A DNA stretch of 63,792 nt, counting the filler, from Diploschistes diacapsis (taxonomy: Eukaryota): NCBI GenBank assembly GCA_023645945.1. It is 16 parts of 16 records of this genome, joined end to end, with 100 filler letters (N's around TTAATTAATTAA, not from the genome) between each part and the next. Parts side by side here need not be neighbours in the genome. Positions count along the whole stretch, not along the records: positions 51,056 to 53,524 come from JALAIB010002192.1; positions 53,625 to 56,092 come from JALAIB010002193.1; positions 56,193 to 58,659 come from JALAIB010002194.1; positions 58,760 to 61,226 come from JALAIB010002195.1; positions 61,327 to 63,792 come from JALAIB010002196.1; 11 more parts are not named here. One strand, given 5' to 3'. The notes beneath the pieces were generated by a model. That model saw nothing but the letters and a program-made list of their open reading frames with translations. It searched no databases and was not told where the DNA came from. The position numbers and the translations under genes were made by a program. Positions 52,194 to 63,792 of the stretch are shown piece by piece. The stretch's first letter is position 1; every line of letters begins with the position of its first letter.

Positions 52194-53104
52194 ATCAATC
52201 GGATTTGTTTTTTAAATCTCGTGAAGTTTTTAAACATTCCGTAGTTATTTTCTTGGTCTTTTAAGTATGCGTCGAGGTGGGGTTTTATTTATATTAATAC
52301 GCGGTCACGTATGAATTTTGCGGCGAAGACGGTTCGTTTTTTTTATTCGTTTATGATATACGGGTTTTAATAAAAGTATATTGAAAGTTAAAGTATCTAG
52401 TATTTTAGTTTTTTTCGGTTTTTATGGAACGTTATTGGCTTCATAACTTTTATAATGGGTTTTTTATACGATTTATTTTCGTCGGGTTTATTGTTATTTC
52501 CGAGATCGTCGCTTTTAATTTCCGCGATATCCGTTATTGAGATATCGGTTTTATTTGGTGGCGTTGTTGCCCTAGGTGCTCGAGATAGTACGGATTTAAT
52601 TATCGGTGGCGATCGCCCGGTTATATTATTTAAGATATTTATTTTTGAGGGTGTTTAAGTGTTATGATTTTTATCTTTATAATATAAACACGAGATATTC
52701 ATTAAGGTAAGTTTGGTCTCGTTTAGAAGAGGAGTGTAAGTAGGAAAAAAAGGTAGAATAGTTATAGATCTTAGATTATCTTTGAAAAGAATGTTTTATA
52801 ATAATAGAAGTAACGAATATAGATTGATCCCGAGTAATGATTAAGAATGTTTATGAAAGTAAATACGTTAGGATTTATAGAAGTTATGGCGACGTTTTTA
52901 TGTATAAATCAGAATATTCGCGGTTTTGATAAACGCAGCGAGCGTTAACGCTGGTATTAGTTAAAACGATCGCCCGCGTAAATACCAGCGATAGCTGTTG
53001 TCACTTTTAGCGCTCATATGATCTGTACCACGCTGATTGGTCTATATACAAGGAATGGCTGGGAAGCGCTGTTGCGTGCCAAGCGCGATGCTTGGATCGT
53101 AACA
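52194..53104 (-). mobile_element. Gypsy family A 5' LTR (52660-53104) and gag fragment, interrupted by the oppositely oriented relative
   Basis: LTR TGTTACGATCC..CATAACA; gag-like KP.TFH.NRKKL..IL.L..YF..KRTVFAAKFIRDR..IKPHLDAYL. Confidence 0.8.
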
Positions 53105-53483
53105 GTTTTACGCGTTAAAGAACCGATATCGGCCCGTATATCAATTAATCGGAATCGTGTCAATAAATTTCTCGTTTTACGGCGAATACGTGTTCGTTAT
53201 TTTTCCGCGGGGTTAACGGAAATACATCGGGATTTTTATAAAAGTTTTTAAATAAACGTGAATAACGGCTCTAAAGGTTTAAAACTAAAAAAAAAAGAAA
53301 TAATTATAATAGATAATTATAATAATCCTCCGGGCGAACGAAAGAACTCAATTTTAGCGCCGGGCTAAGGCCGTAAGTCTATATAAGAGAAGTTTTTATA
53401 GAGGGATATCCTCTTTTCTTCTCTAGAGATTAGTTCATGAATACTATAACCATTACTAACACTACTGCATTTCATCCTTTACA
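53105..53483. mobile_element. LTR-like family B fragment
   Basis: Reverse-complement match to 31852-32160; ends ..CCTTTACA. Confidence 0.65.
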
Positions 53484-53935
53484 TAATATTTAATCTTCTT
53501 CGGGGATCTTTATCTCGATTATGCNNNNNNNNNNNNNNNNNNNNNNNNNNNNNNNNNNNNNNNNNNNNTTAATTAATTAANNNNNNNNNNNNNNNNNNNN
53601 NNNNNNNNNNNNNNNNNNNNNNNNGGGGATTGGAGGGCTGTTTCGAATAATGAGAGATTTTATGGAAGAGAGGAGAGAGTATCGCAGTGTGAAGTGGGCA
53701 GTTGCTGTGTTAGGAGATGAGTTAGGTCTACCTATCGTGAAGAGAATGAGGGAAGCCCCACGTCACATGGAAGGGGTGCCCAAACAAAAAACCGCCGGAG
53801 CGATCCAACCGTCCAATTTTCATACGAAGGCTGCTGTCCCTGACTTTTCCAGCACCGCTTACTTTAGAGCGCTGGCGCTGTCTCAATTACTTACGACACC
53901 TACTCCATCCGTTCACGGTCAGTAACTGAGTGAAG

Positions 53936-55570
53936 ATGAGCACCGTCTACAACGTCGAGCCGCCGCCCACGGCAAAAGTCCTCCTCCAGACTACTTCCGG
54001 CGATATCGAGCTTGAGCTTTTTGCAAAGCAGACTCCGCTTACCTCGCGCAACTTTCTTCAACTCTGCATCGACGGCTACTACAATGGCACGATATTCCAT
54101 CGTTTGGTCCCAGGGTTCGTCATTCAAGGCGGTGATCCAACTGGTACCGGTGAAGGAGGCGAGGCAATCTACGATGGCGGCACGTTCGCAGACGAGTTCC
54201 ATAACCGCCTGCGCTTCAATCGGCGCGGTTTGCTTGGAATGGCCAACACAGGCCGGAAAGACGATAATGGAAGCCAATTCTTCTTGACCCTGGGTAAGGC
54301 GGAAGAACTGACAGGGAAGAATACAATGTTTGGTAGAGTCGTGGGAGATACAATCTACAATGTCATGAGGATGGGGGACGCGGAGCTAGAGGAACTCGAG
54401 GGAAGCGAGAGGCCGCTTTATCCAGCTAAGGTCACCAGGGCGGAGATCTTGGTGAACCCTTTTGAGGATATGGTTCAGAGAAAGGTGACACCAAAGGCTA
54501 TGCCGACGGCGCAGTACCATGTCAAGAAGAAGGCAAAGAAAAAAGGCGGTAAAGCGTTGCTGAGCTTCGAAGATGATGAAGGCGAGGACGCTGAGCAACT
54601 CACCCCGAAAAAGGCGAAGTTTAATCCGAAGCTCGTTGCGCGTACTAACGGCAAGGATAACACTACTGGACAGGGTGTGAATGGGTCGAGGAACGGAGAA
54701 GGGCATAATCATCGTGCATATGAGCTTCCAACATCCATGGATCACAGCAAGTCAAAGACCCCAAGGACAACGCGACGGCGGGATTCTTCTGAATCTCCGA
54801 AACCTACAGTCAGACCGAACATGAGTCCAGAAACTCAATTACCTTTACCTGATCAGGAAAAGGCCTCCAGAAGCCCTCCTTCTTCTCCGGAGTCAGCAGA
54901 CATGAGCAAGATGTCATCCCTGCTTGACAAGACAAACGCCCAAATTGCACAGCTTAAGGCGTCAATGAAGCGAAACGTGCAAATGGCAGCCACAGATACT
55001 GGGCGTAAGAAGTCTGTGCTGGAGCAGCTGGTCCCTGAGAACGCAAAGAGAGGCCGCAAAAGGAAGCAAGCGGGTGCTCAAAACGAGGCACAAACTTTAG
55101 AGATGTTAGACGCTTTTAGGGCTAGGCTTGGGCAGACACCAGCCTCAACGGATCGGCCTGATCAACTCGAGAATGACAATATCGCCACTGAAGGTATTCC
55201 AGAGAAGGACGATAATGGGGTTGCAGACGAGAATGAGGAGGCCCAGCTCTGCGATCTACACTTTATTGCCAATTGTCAATCTTGTCAGTCATGGAACAAA
55301 CAGGAAGGCGAAGCTGCAGAAGATGATGATGCGGACGACAAGGGCTGGATGTCTCATTCCTTGAACTTCAAGAAAGATCGCCTCGGAAAAGATCTGAATT
55401 GGAAGAAGAGGAACGAGGAAGAGCTTGTCGTCATCGACCCAAGAGAGAAAGCTAAAGGTATTAAGGAGGAGCAGAGAGCTAGAAAGCAGGGCCACGGAAG
55501 CAGCAGAGCCTGGGACAGGGGCCGAGAGCGTGGTCAACCAACTGAAAAGATGGCAGGAGAACGAGGCTGA
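53936..55570 (+). CDS. CWC27: Spliceosomal cyclophilin Cwc27
   Basis: MSTVYNVEPPPTAKV; FHRLVPGFVIQGGDPTGTGEGG; FNRRGLLGMAN; NGSQFFLTL; CDLHFIANCQSC; WMSHSLNF; VVIDPREK. Confidence 0.95.
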   Translation: MSTVYNVEPPPTAKVLLQTTSGDIELELFAKQTPLTSRNFLQLCIDGYYNGTIFHRLVPGFVIQGGDPTGTGEGGEAIYDGGTFADEFHNRLRFNRRGLLGMANTGRKDDNGSQFFLTLGKAEELTGKNTMFGRVVGDTIYNVMRMGDAELEELEGSERPLYPAKVTRAEILVNPFEDMVQRKVTPKAMPTAQYHVKKKAKKKGGKALLSFEDDEGEDAEQLTPKKAKFNPKLVARTNGKDNTTGQGVNGSRNGEGHNHRAYELPTSMDHSKSKTPRTTRRRDSSESPKPTVRPNMSPETQLPLPDQEKASRSPPSSPESADMSKMSSLLDKTNAQIAQLKASMKRNVQMAATDTGRKKSVLEQLVPENAKRGRKRKQAGAQNEAQTLEMLDAFRARLGQTPASTDRPDQLENDNIATEGIPEKDDNGVADENEEAQLCDLHFIANCQSCQSWNKQEGEAAEDDDADDKGWMSHSLNFKKDRLGKDLNWKKRNEEELVVIDPREKAKGIKEEQRARKQGHGSSRAWDRGRERGQPTEKMAGERG

Positions 55571-55867
55571 TGAATAGTGCAAACCCCAATACTTACATTT
55601 ATACCTCGAGGCAGCATCTGCTGCCTCCATACAACGAAAAGCCTTTCAAACAGATGTGTAAGGGTGCAACTCTATGTCTGCTAGTAGGAACGTATTAGAG
55701 TGTTGAATTCAGCTAGCACCTGAGTTTGCTTTAAGTCTGAGTTGTAGTGTGGAAGTATTTCTGTATTCTCTGAGGTAGACGTGAACTTCTGGATGATTTT
55801 ATGTTATTTTCATTTTAACGTATCATCGACCCTGATTGGTCGATTAATTGGACCGATAAATTATATA

Positions 55868-56092
55868 ACGTGTTTCATAAGTCATCCGCCCACACAAGTC
55901 ATCCGCTCACTTACCCTTTTTCTACATGTTTTTAATTTTATAACATAACCAATTCATGCTATAATTAAAAATTTTCCATTCAATTAGCACCACAGCGTTG
56001 TGAGTATGTACGGGTAGTATATTCGTATGAATTATATAAACTATATCGTGATAAAGAACGCGTATTTTTTACGAAAGAGTATTATATTTTTC
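55868..56092 (+). mobile_element. pogo/Fot1-like element left end (different family)
   Basis: TA|ACGTGTTTCAT with a duplicated AAGTCATCCGC. Confidence 0.7.
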
Positions 56093-56192
56093 NNNNNNNN
56101 NNNNNNNNNNNNNNNNNNNNNNNNNNNNNNNNNNNNTTAATTAATTAANNNNNNNNNNNNNNNNNNNNNNNNNNNNNNNNNNNNNNNNNNNN

Positions 56193-58659
56193 TTATTATA
56201 TAGACGATATTATTATAAAACGATATTTATAGTTATGTCGATCTTTTAGCGGCAAAAATAAGATAACTAAAAAGCCGTGATAAGGATATAAAAGAGATTT
56301 TTGTTAGAATGGAACGTCGGAAAAGCTAGATGATCGATTTACGTTATAAAGATACTTATACGAAAGTCCATTTCTTTTATATTAAAGATCTTGTATTATT
56401 CTATAACAATAAATATTAAAAAGATTATTCTATATCTCGAAAGTTGAACTTTTGGTAACTCGGTCCTTACCGAATAATCTATATAGATTAAACGAAATCA
56501 GTTTTTAAGCTTACGGAACTAGATAGAACTAACCTTGCTAAAACCTTTATAGACAGAAGGTTGAAGGCCTTTATTATTGATCTTAAAGAAGATATAGTAG
56601 TACCGGATTCTAGAATGACGGTCGAAGAGGATAAAGATAGATCTATAAAAGAAGTATCGAAAGAACACACTAACGAGGATCCTAAAAATAAAGTTCCTTT
56701 AAATCCCCTAAGAAAGTACATACTTATAAGAAGGAACTTCGCGGTAATAGTATAAAAGATGGGACTTTCTAATGATAGGGGGGAGAGAAAGGTCTAATCT
56801 AATTAAACTCTTAATAAACCCCTTTAAAAACTTTAGAAAAATAATTTCCTTTATAAATTTTTCATTTTGCTTTGAAATTCTGCTTAATAAGAACCTTCAT
56901 TTTGCTTTAAAGTTTTGTTTGATTCTGTCATCTCGTCTAGTTTTGAAATTTCACCGAGCTCTAATATACCAATCACCTTCAGTCGTATATATTAATCAAA
57001 TATTAAGAAGCTTTAACTTGCACTGATCACATTCAGAAAGAATATAGCATATCTAGATCCACCACCCCCGAAGATCGCAGGAGGTCGACGTACTAAAAAC
57101 TGCCGGTTAATCCACGATATCTGAGTACATTAATTAATATAGCAATGGAGACAATATCAGAAGACAGAAAGTTAATAAAACTGCCGGAAACCCTAGCAAA
57201 CCCATAATAATACACGATTCCAATTGTGATAGAAGATAATAAAAGTTTTAATACGATCAGTGGATTTATAAGATATGTGAAGTAGTAACTTGAGGAAGAA
57301 CAGTACGCCTTGTTCTGTAAGGTAAAAAGGAAGATAACGGCAGCTATTATATTAACTGTAGATTACCTAGGGATTATAATAATAGAGATAGAGGAAAAGC
57401 AAATATATAAGGCGATAGGGATATCGGAAAGGGATTATAAGGAAGAATGGTCTATTATAAAAACGTTGATACAGACCTTTCGATAGAAGTTGATACGAGT
57501 TAATCATATTATTGAACGAGTAAACGCCTAATAAGGCCAGGTTCTTGCTGTCTTTATATACCTTAATGGTATGTACGGCACCATAGAGTTATATATAAAA
57601 ACAATAAGTGTGTTTATTACTATCGTTAACGGATATTTCGACTTAACGCGTAATCTATTAATATAATTTATGGCCAAAAAATTATGTAACAGTGCCGTCG
57701 AAATATATAAATCAAGAGTCTTGATAGCTACAGACATCTCTAAGGTAACCTAATAAGTAAAAAAGATTTTAGAATCTAAAAAAAAAAAAGAAGCCTTGAT
57801 AGTTAAACAAACGAATTTGATTAATAAAAAGATAAAAATAGATGTCATTGACCTTAAAGTTATTAATCTGGGTGTGTCTAAATACTCGATTATACCTATT
57901 GATCTAAACAAGTCGTCTAAGCAACTATTGATCACGTCGCCTTAATCTTTAATTTCATCGGAAGTGAGAAATACTCCTGTTAAAAGAAAGGATAGTAAAG
58001 AAGTAGGATAAAAAGAACTGAGAGTGCAAGAGTAACACGGGACCCTAAAAGCCTCTGATGACCAGAGTGTTTTTAGTGAAGAATCGTTTTTTACTGTACA
58101 GTCACCGAAGTCGTCTGCGGCAACTACGGTTTTAAAGAACAGAACATTCATTATCTCTAATAAAGAATAGAACTATGGCTACAGGCTTGAAAGTAAGCTG
58201 TATAAGATTATTATTATAAGAGATCTGTCTTCTTTTTCAATCTTTATCTTTTGGAATAGGTTTTCGTTTACTGGTTATGATAAAAGCATATGTTTCTTAT
58301 ATCTGCGCGCGCTGTGCGGAGCCTTTAGTCTGAAGAATCGTAATAGAGATAGAGTAGCTTTAATAGAAAGATTAATTTTAATATACGAGAATGAAGGCAA
58401 ACTCGGCGAACTTAAGACAGGCAAAGATATCTATCAATTATTTCGTAAGGACAGCCGATCTATTAGATTCTCGGATAAGTTAAGTAATTATAGATTTTTT
58501 AACCTAGTTCTATAGGTATAATTTCTTAATTATAACGAAATATTAAGATACTTTATTATTGAAATAAACGAAGCTGGCTTAAATCTTAAGATATAATAGA
58601 ACTAAAACAAGAACGGAAACATTATTATTAACGATATTTTCGATTAAATCTTTAAATCG
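56193..58659 (+). mobile_element. RIP-degraded Gypsy-like retroelement relic (integrase tail, purine tract, LTR-like segment, further degraded ORF)
   Basis: DLVL.YN..RKL.F.*LGPYRI..FKLTELD.T..RRLKAF; downstream assignment uncertain. Confidence 0.55.
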
Positions 58660-58759
58660 NNNNNNNNNNNNNNNNNNNNNNNNNNNNNNNNNNNNNNNNN
58701 NNNTTAATTAATTAANNNNNNNNNNNNNNNNNNNNNNNNNNNNNNNNNNNNNNNNNNNN

Positions 58760-60819
58760 GGGGAGTTGGTGGTGTTGTTTGGGTTGGGGGAGGAGGTGGT
58801 TGTTAGGGTGGGAAGAATGGAGAGGGCTGTTATTAGGGTGTGGGTATCGAGGAGCATCTGATGATTGTCAGAAGGGGCGCATCGTTGCAGGAGATCGGGG
58901 GACAGAGATAGAAGGGAAAGTACCTGTTCGGCGCCAATCTCAGAGACAGGCTTGCATTGGCCAATGTTGGCGGTGTAGGAAGTCGCGATCAATTCGACAA
59001 GGTTGTCGCAGAAGGCGCGGGCGTATTGCTGTTTGTGGAGGAGGCTAATGATTTCTCTGGCTCGTTCCCTAACGCGCCGGAGGAGCTCCGCAACATACGT
59101 GCTCTGGTCACCCGTCGCTTGCATCTTGGACCAGGCTGTGTTGCGCATTTCACGCCAGCTGGGCTCGAGATCCACTTCCACTTTCCGTACTAGACTTCGA
59201 ATCGTGGCACTGGCAATGCCCATGAATGCGTCAGCTTGACTTTGCAAGTCGACATTCTCCCTGAATTGCTCATCAATACGGCCTTTGATTCGTTCCTCAA
59301 GCTGCGTCGAAGTGTTGTAGCAATAGTCTGCGGTATTTAAAACGAGTATAATGTCCTGCACGGACGGCAATCGAGAAGTTGTAGCCCCTGTGGGTCCTTC
59401 ACTAATGTAGCATAAAAGGACTTGCTGTGCATACTGATCGAGGTACTTGCCAAAGACTCTGGACAATTCGACTAGACGTGCCCCTGTTGAAAGTTTGGCG
59501 CATTGAGCGAAAGTCTGGCGATAGAATGCAAAGAGCTCTGTCGAGGACGCAATGACCGTTTGGGAATTGAATTCCTCATCAGGTGGATGAGGAGGCTGTG
59601 AGCGGTATTTTGGCAACAGTGTGGATAATTGCTTGTCCTGAGCTTCAACCCATACGCTCAGGTATGGTTCAAATGCTTCAGATATGGCATGGCTGAATGG
59701 AGGCGAATTTACGTCGCTCGATATTGTATCCATAGACATTCGAGAAGTATTCATGAATTTCCTCTCAAGACCGTGCTCAAATTCCAGTGTTTCCTGTAAA
59801 CATGATAGAAGGAGATTGATGTCCAACGTCTGCCCGTCGCTGCGGCGTACTGCCTTCGCAAGGATCGTTTTATAATCGTCTCTTGTACCCTCGCAGAACG
59901 CGTTTGCCAGTGCCTCATCTACGTGCCAATACGTGGGAAATATTGCGGCGTGCTGCTCATCGTATGTCTTGATCATACGCTTGAACCAGGAATACCGCCT
60001 CGAAATGTTGTCCAGCGAGCTAGCTTCATCACTACCCTTGAAGACCTGACGATACTCGCGCAGTTGCGTGTTACAGTACCACGTTATCAAACGAGATCTA
60101 GCAGGATCCCCAAGTGCGTCCATGACCAAGCATGCCTCGGACAGCATGCCACGCTTCTGCGCTACTTCGCCCTTTGCAAAAGTAAGCTCGAAATCCTCAC
60201 AGACTTGCTCTAGCAGCTCTCTCTGCACATCAGAGACATTCCTGCTTAGCGTAGCAATCTGATCTATCGAACGGTATGTCTTGAAATGAGCCATCAGCTG
60301 AATAACAGCTTGCAATAACTGGGCGCATTCTCGATACTGTCGGGAACTGCTCAGACCTTGTAACTGCTCATAGGCCGTTGTGAGCATCTGAAGCCTCTTC
60401 AGTGCTGTCATAGAGAGTGTAAGATTCTTTTTCGTATTGTCCAGCCTCTTGATCTCTGCCGTCATCTCTGTAATGGCTTGCTCTGTCTGCATTGCACGCT
60501 CTTGGACACCCTCAATCTTCCTGAAAAGCTCTGCGAGGTCCTGTTTGGCCGCTTGAATTTTCTTGACGCTATCGACATTGGAGACGGATTGGCAGCGGAC
60601 GAGATCCGTGATCTCAATATCGAGGTCATCTTGATATATTCGTAGTGAATTTGACGTTTTCGAAATGGAAGATAGTGTGGATGGGTGGGAGAAAATGACA
60701 TTGAGGTGGTCTATGGGGTCATAATCGGCTGCAGATTGGTCAACTCACTTTCTTGTTAGCTTCAGGAACGAAACATTCCTACCAGCATCTAAGGAGCTTG
60801 CAGGTTCGACTTTGGACAT
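58760..60819 (-). CDS. VPS53: GARP complex subunit Vps53, 3'-partial
   Basis: DYDPIDHLNVIFSHP; TEQAITEMTAEIKRLDNTKKNLTLSMTALKRLQMLTTAYEQL; SLDNISRRYSWFKR; AEQMLLD. Confidence 0.95.
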
Positions 60820-61326
60820 GGGGACTCAGCGGTTGACCTGCGATAGCTGAGGATATCCTGGGCGCAACTAGAAGAATTGTAACATTGCATAAACAGAAAA
60901 CTTTAATCTTCCTCAACCTCCTATATTAATGAAAGAACTCTGATGCCGCTCTCAAAGATGGGCAATATCAAAAGTGAACCGTTAAGACAAGGATCGTCAA
61001 TCAGGCACAGAGGGCAGCGATGTTGGTTGTGTTGCGGGTCGAGTTCCCCGCCGAATTCATCGGCAAGTCTTATTCTACCTACTGTACACATAAATTACAT
61101 AATAAGTATTATGATTCTTAAGATACTTTTTTAGTTATATTAATTTATATGTAGTTATAAGTATTTATAAAATTAACGCTCTTTTTAGTTATATTTATTT
61201 ATTTTTTATTATTTTTGATCTTAATANNNNNNNNNNNNNNNNNNNNNNNNNNNNNNNNNNNNNNNNNNNNTTAATTAATTAANNNNNNNNNNNNNNNNNN
61301 NNNNNNNNNNNNNNNNNNNNNNNNNN

Positions 61327-63792
61327 AGCAGCGAACGCACGAAAGATACTCGATTTCTTAAAATAATCGTTTATATTAAGAAACTCGGCGTAATAATTAA
61401 TGAACGAGATTATCCGTTTTATTATTACGTCGCTTACGTCTTTACGGATCGCGATAATTATATTATAAATTATATAATCTCGCGTTATTTTTTTTTTTAT
61501 ATCGATATTACGCGTAATAAATCTCGATTTAATATCGTCGTTACGTTAATAACGATAACGATATTACGTAATATTTTTAAACGTTTTATTAAACGTTTAA
61601 AAATTATTTACGTATAATTAAAACGCGTTAAAATCCGTTACGATTATTTATAAAATATTCGCGACGATAAAAAGACGCGTTTTTCACGTCGGGAAGTTTA
61701 TAAGGAAATTATAAAGCTTTCTCGTAATAAATAACGACGATAAAGAAAAACGAAGGCGAACGGGCGCGGCGAGGACAAGTAAGATAAAAACGATAAGAAG
61801 AACGGAAGGAAAAACGAAGAAAAAAATAACATCTTTACGACTTAGAGCAGCGGCGAGGGTATCGTAAAATATACGGTCTTTAAGACCCAACTCGTCGTCG
61901 TTATCGGCATCGGCGACCACGTCAAACATGGCCGCATCGGCGGTAAGAAACGCAGGGCGAGCAGGAGGCGCAAAGCGAGTAAACAAGAAAGCATCCATTA
62001 TATCTAAAAAATAATTAGAAAGATAAGATTAAAAACAATAAAAAAAGCATATAAATCGCGTAAAAAGTAAATAAATGTGGCTAAGAAGAGGGATAACTCC
62101 ATAAATACTTATGGCTGCAAATAAATTTAAATGATTAAAAAAGTATCTATAGAACTATGATACTCATCTTGTAATTTATGTATACAGTAGGCAGAATAGC
62201 ACTTACCCAACGGTAGCAAACCCATGGCTCGTGCGTTCGGTCTGGAGCTTCTTAATAAGCCTGCGGTGCGAGGCACTTACCCCGAGCTCTAGCAACTAGA
62301 TTAGGGTAGTCGAAAACTAACACTACAATTTAGCCTGTATCGCTACCCTTAGCCATACAGGGTGAAAAGTTGCTTGCTATGAACTCAGTCATCTGAAATC
62401 TCTACAACGTATCCCAAGTGCTCTCAACAGTCTTGAAGCAATCCGCAATGCAAAGGCTCCGCTAATAGGACGACGTGACTACGCTATACGATACACCTGT
62501 CCTCGAATATCTAATGAGCGGTCGCTATGAAAATCTCAACGAGCACCCGTATTGATCCTCAAGCTCATCCTCATAATCGAGACGGGGCCACTGCGGCACA
62601 GACCGTTCCCTCTACCGTCGAGTCGGGCGTAGCTGGAGAACTCTGCAGAGCTGGAAGACAAGGTGTCAAAGGACGCTGACGGACGAAAAACGGAGGTGGT
62701 CAGCTCGAGGCGCGAAGTTCTAGCACGGCTTTAAGTGCTGATATGTAAAATCTCGAGCTGAACCGCTGAACCGTAGAGACAATAGAGAGGTTTGGCACCC
62801 CTGTCGCTGCGGTTGCGTTGTGGCGCTACGGGCTTCCCAGATAGGCTTAGGGTAGTTTTTAGTAGCTTAATGAAAGCTAGTCCCAATTAAATAAGATATT
62901 AAATGCTATTATTTTCTTAATAAATTTTTTTCTTTTCTACGTAATTATTAAGGTTTAAAATACGGTTATTTTATTTTTATAAATGCCTATTTCGAGGCGC
63001 CGTAAGGCCCTTATTATTTTTATATATTTATTATATTTATAAAACTAACGCGAGGTTTTACGCCGTTTTTTTCGTTCTTTTTTTTTATATTTTTTCTTTA
63101 ATTTCGATTTTAATAATAAACGTATATGGCCTACATTTAATCTTAAAATTTATTTTAAATTTTTTTTTTTTCTTTTTTTCCTTTTAATGATCTATATATT
63201 AACTTATATATAGATTTATAAAAGCAGAAATTCGCCGCCTTATTCTTTTATTACGAAAACTTCTTTCGATTCTTTTCCGTTTTCGTTATATCGCCTTTCC
63301 CGAAAAGAAATTCTATTTCCTTTACCTTCGCCTCGCCTTTTCTACGCCCTTTTATCGTCTTTTTGCCGTGTTTAGGCGGAATCGGACCTAGCTTTCTACT
63401 ATATTTTCGGATATAATAAAGATTTTTTACGACGCCTTCGGCCCTTTTCTAAAATGGAATCCCCGTTTCTACACGCGAGATCGACTCGCTACGTATATAA
63501 ATAATTTAAAAAGAATTAAAAGCGAAAAAAGGATCTAGAATTAAATGAACGAGACGTTTAAATCGATTTACCGTCCGTTACAGAACCAAAAGCGCTAATA
63601 TTCTAAATATAAAAAATTTCATTACTTTAAATACTAGGATATCGTAACGCTAGATAACCTCGTGGCGAGCTTAACTAAACCTTAATCTAAATCTAAGGGA
63701 AATTAATTTATTTAAATAGCTTCTAAAATTAAAAACGAGCTCCATAAAATTCGTATAATTCTTTTAATAAAACCTAAATTAACCGACGGTAG
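61327..63792. other. Heavily RIP-mutated repeat-derived DNA with a less-mutated core (~62100-62880); family not identified
   Basis: Strong TpA excess, loss of CpA/TpG and retained CpG; no recognisable domain. Confidence 0.5.

Overview
Eukaryotic DNA from a filamentous ascomycete (Pezizomycotina). It is a concatenation of contigs: one ~25 kb gene-dense contig (1-25127), then fifteen ~2.5 kb contigs joined by artificial 100-nt N/TTAATTAATTAA/N linkers, so adjacency across linkers is meaningless. Intron-containing genes include VMA10, a secreted protein with three Cys-rich PAN/apple-like modules, tRNA-Cys, a Tfb6-like protein, an arrestin, a RhoGEF, RTC3, NAS2, Ran/GSP1, an AIF-like Rieske oxidoreductase, a TGL2-like lipase, UTP11, RPC53/RPC4, UreD, TFG2, HEM4, a Fus3/Pmk1 MAPK, CWC27 and VPS53. 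The AT-rich contigs are nested, RIP-mutated Gypsy, Copia, Helitron and pogo/Fot1 relics. Main findings: (1) a ~605-bp non-coding miniature LTR element (TRIM) in two copies with a Tf1-type self-priming signature; (2) two Gypsy elements carrying an antisense ORF with Zn2Cys6-like spacing plus a coiled coil next to the 3' LTR; (3) a predicted 2-nt micro-exon within the lipase catalytic AHSMGG motif, and frequent AAG/GAG acceptors; (4) an intact MITE in a divergent promoter; (5) a CpG-depleted, non-RIP contig with foldback structure that may come from another organism. All gene calls come from reading motifs by eye; no searches were run.
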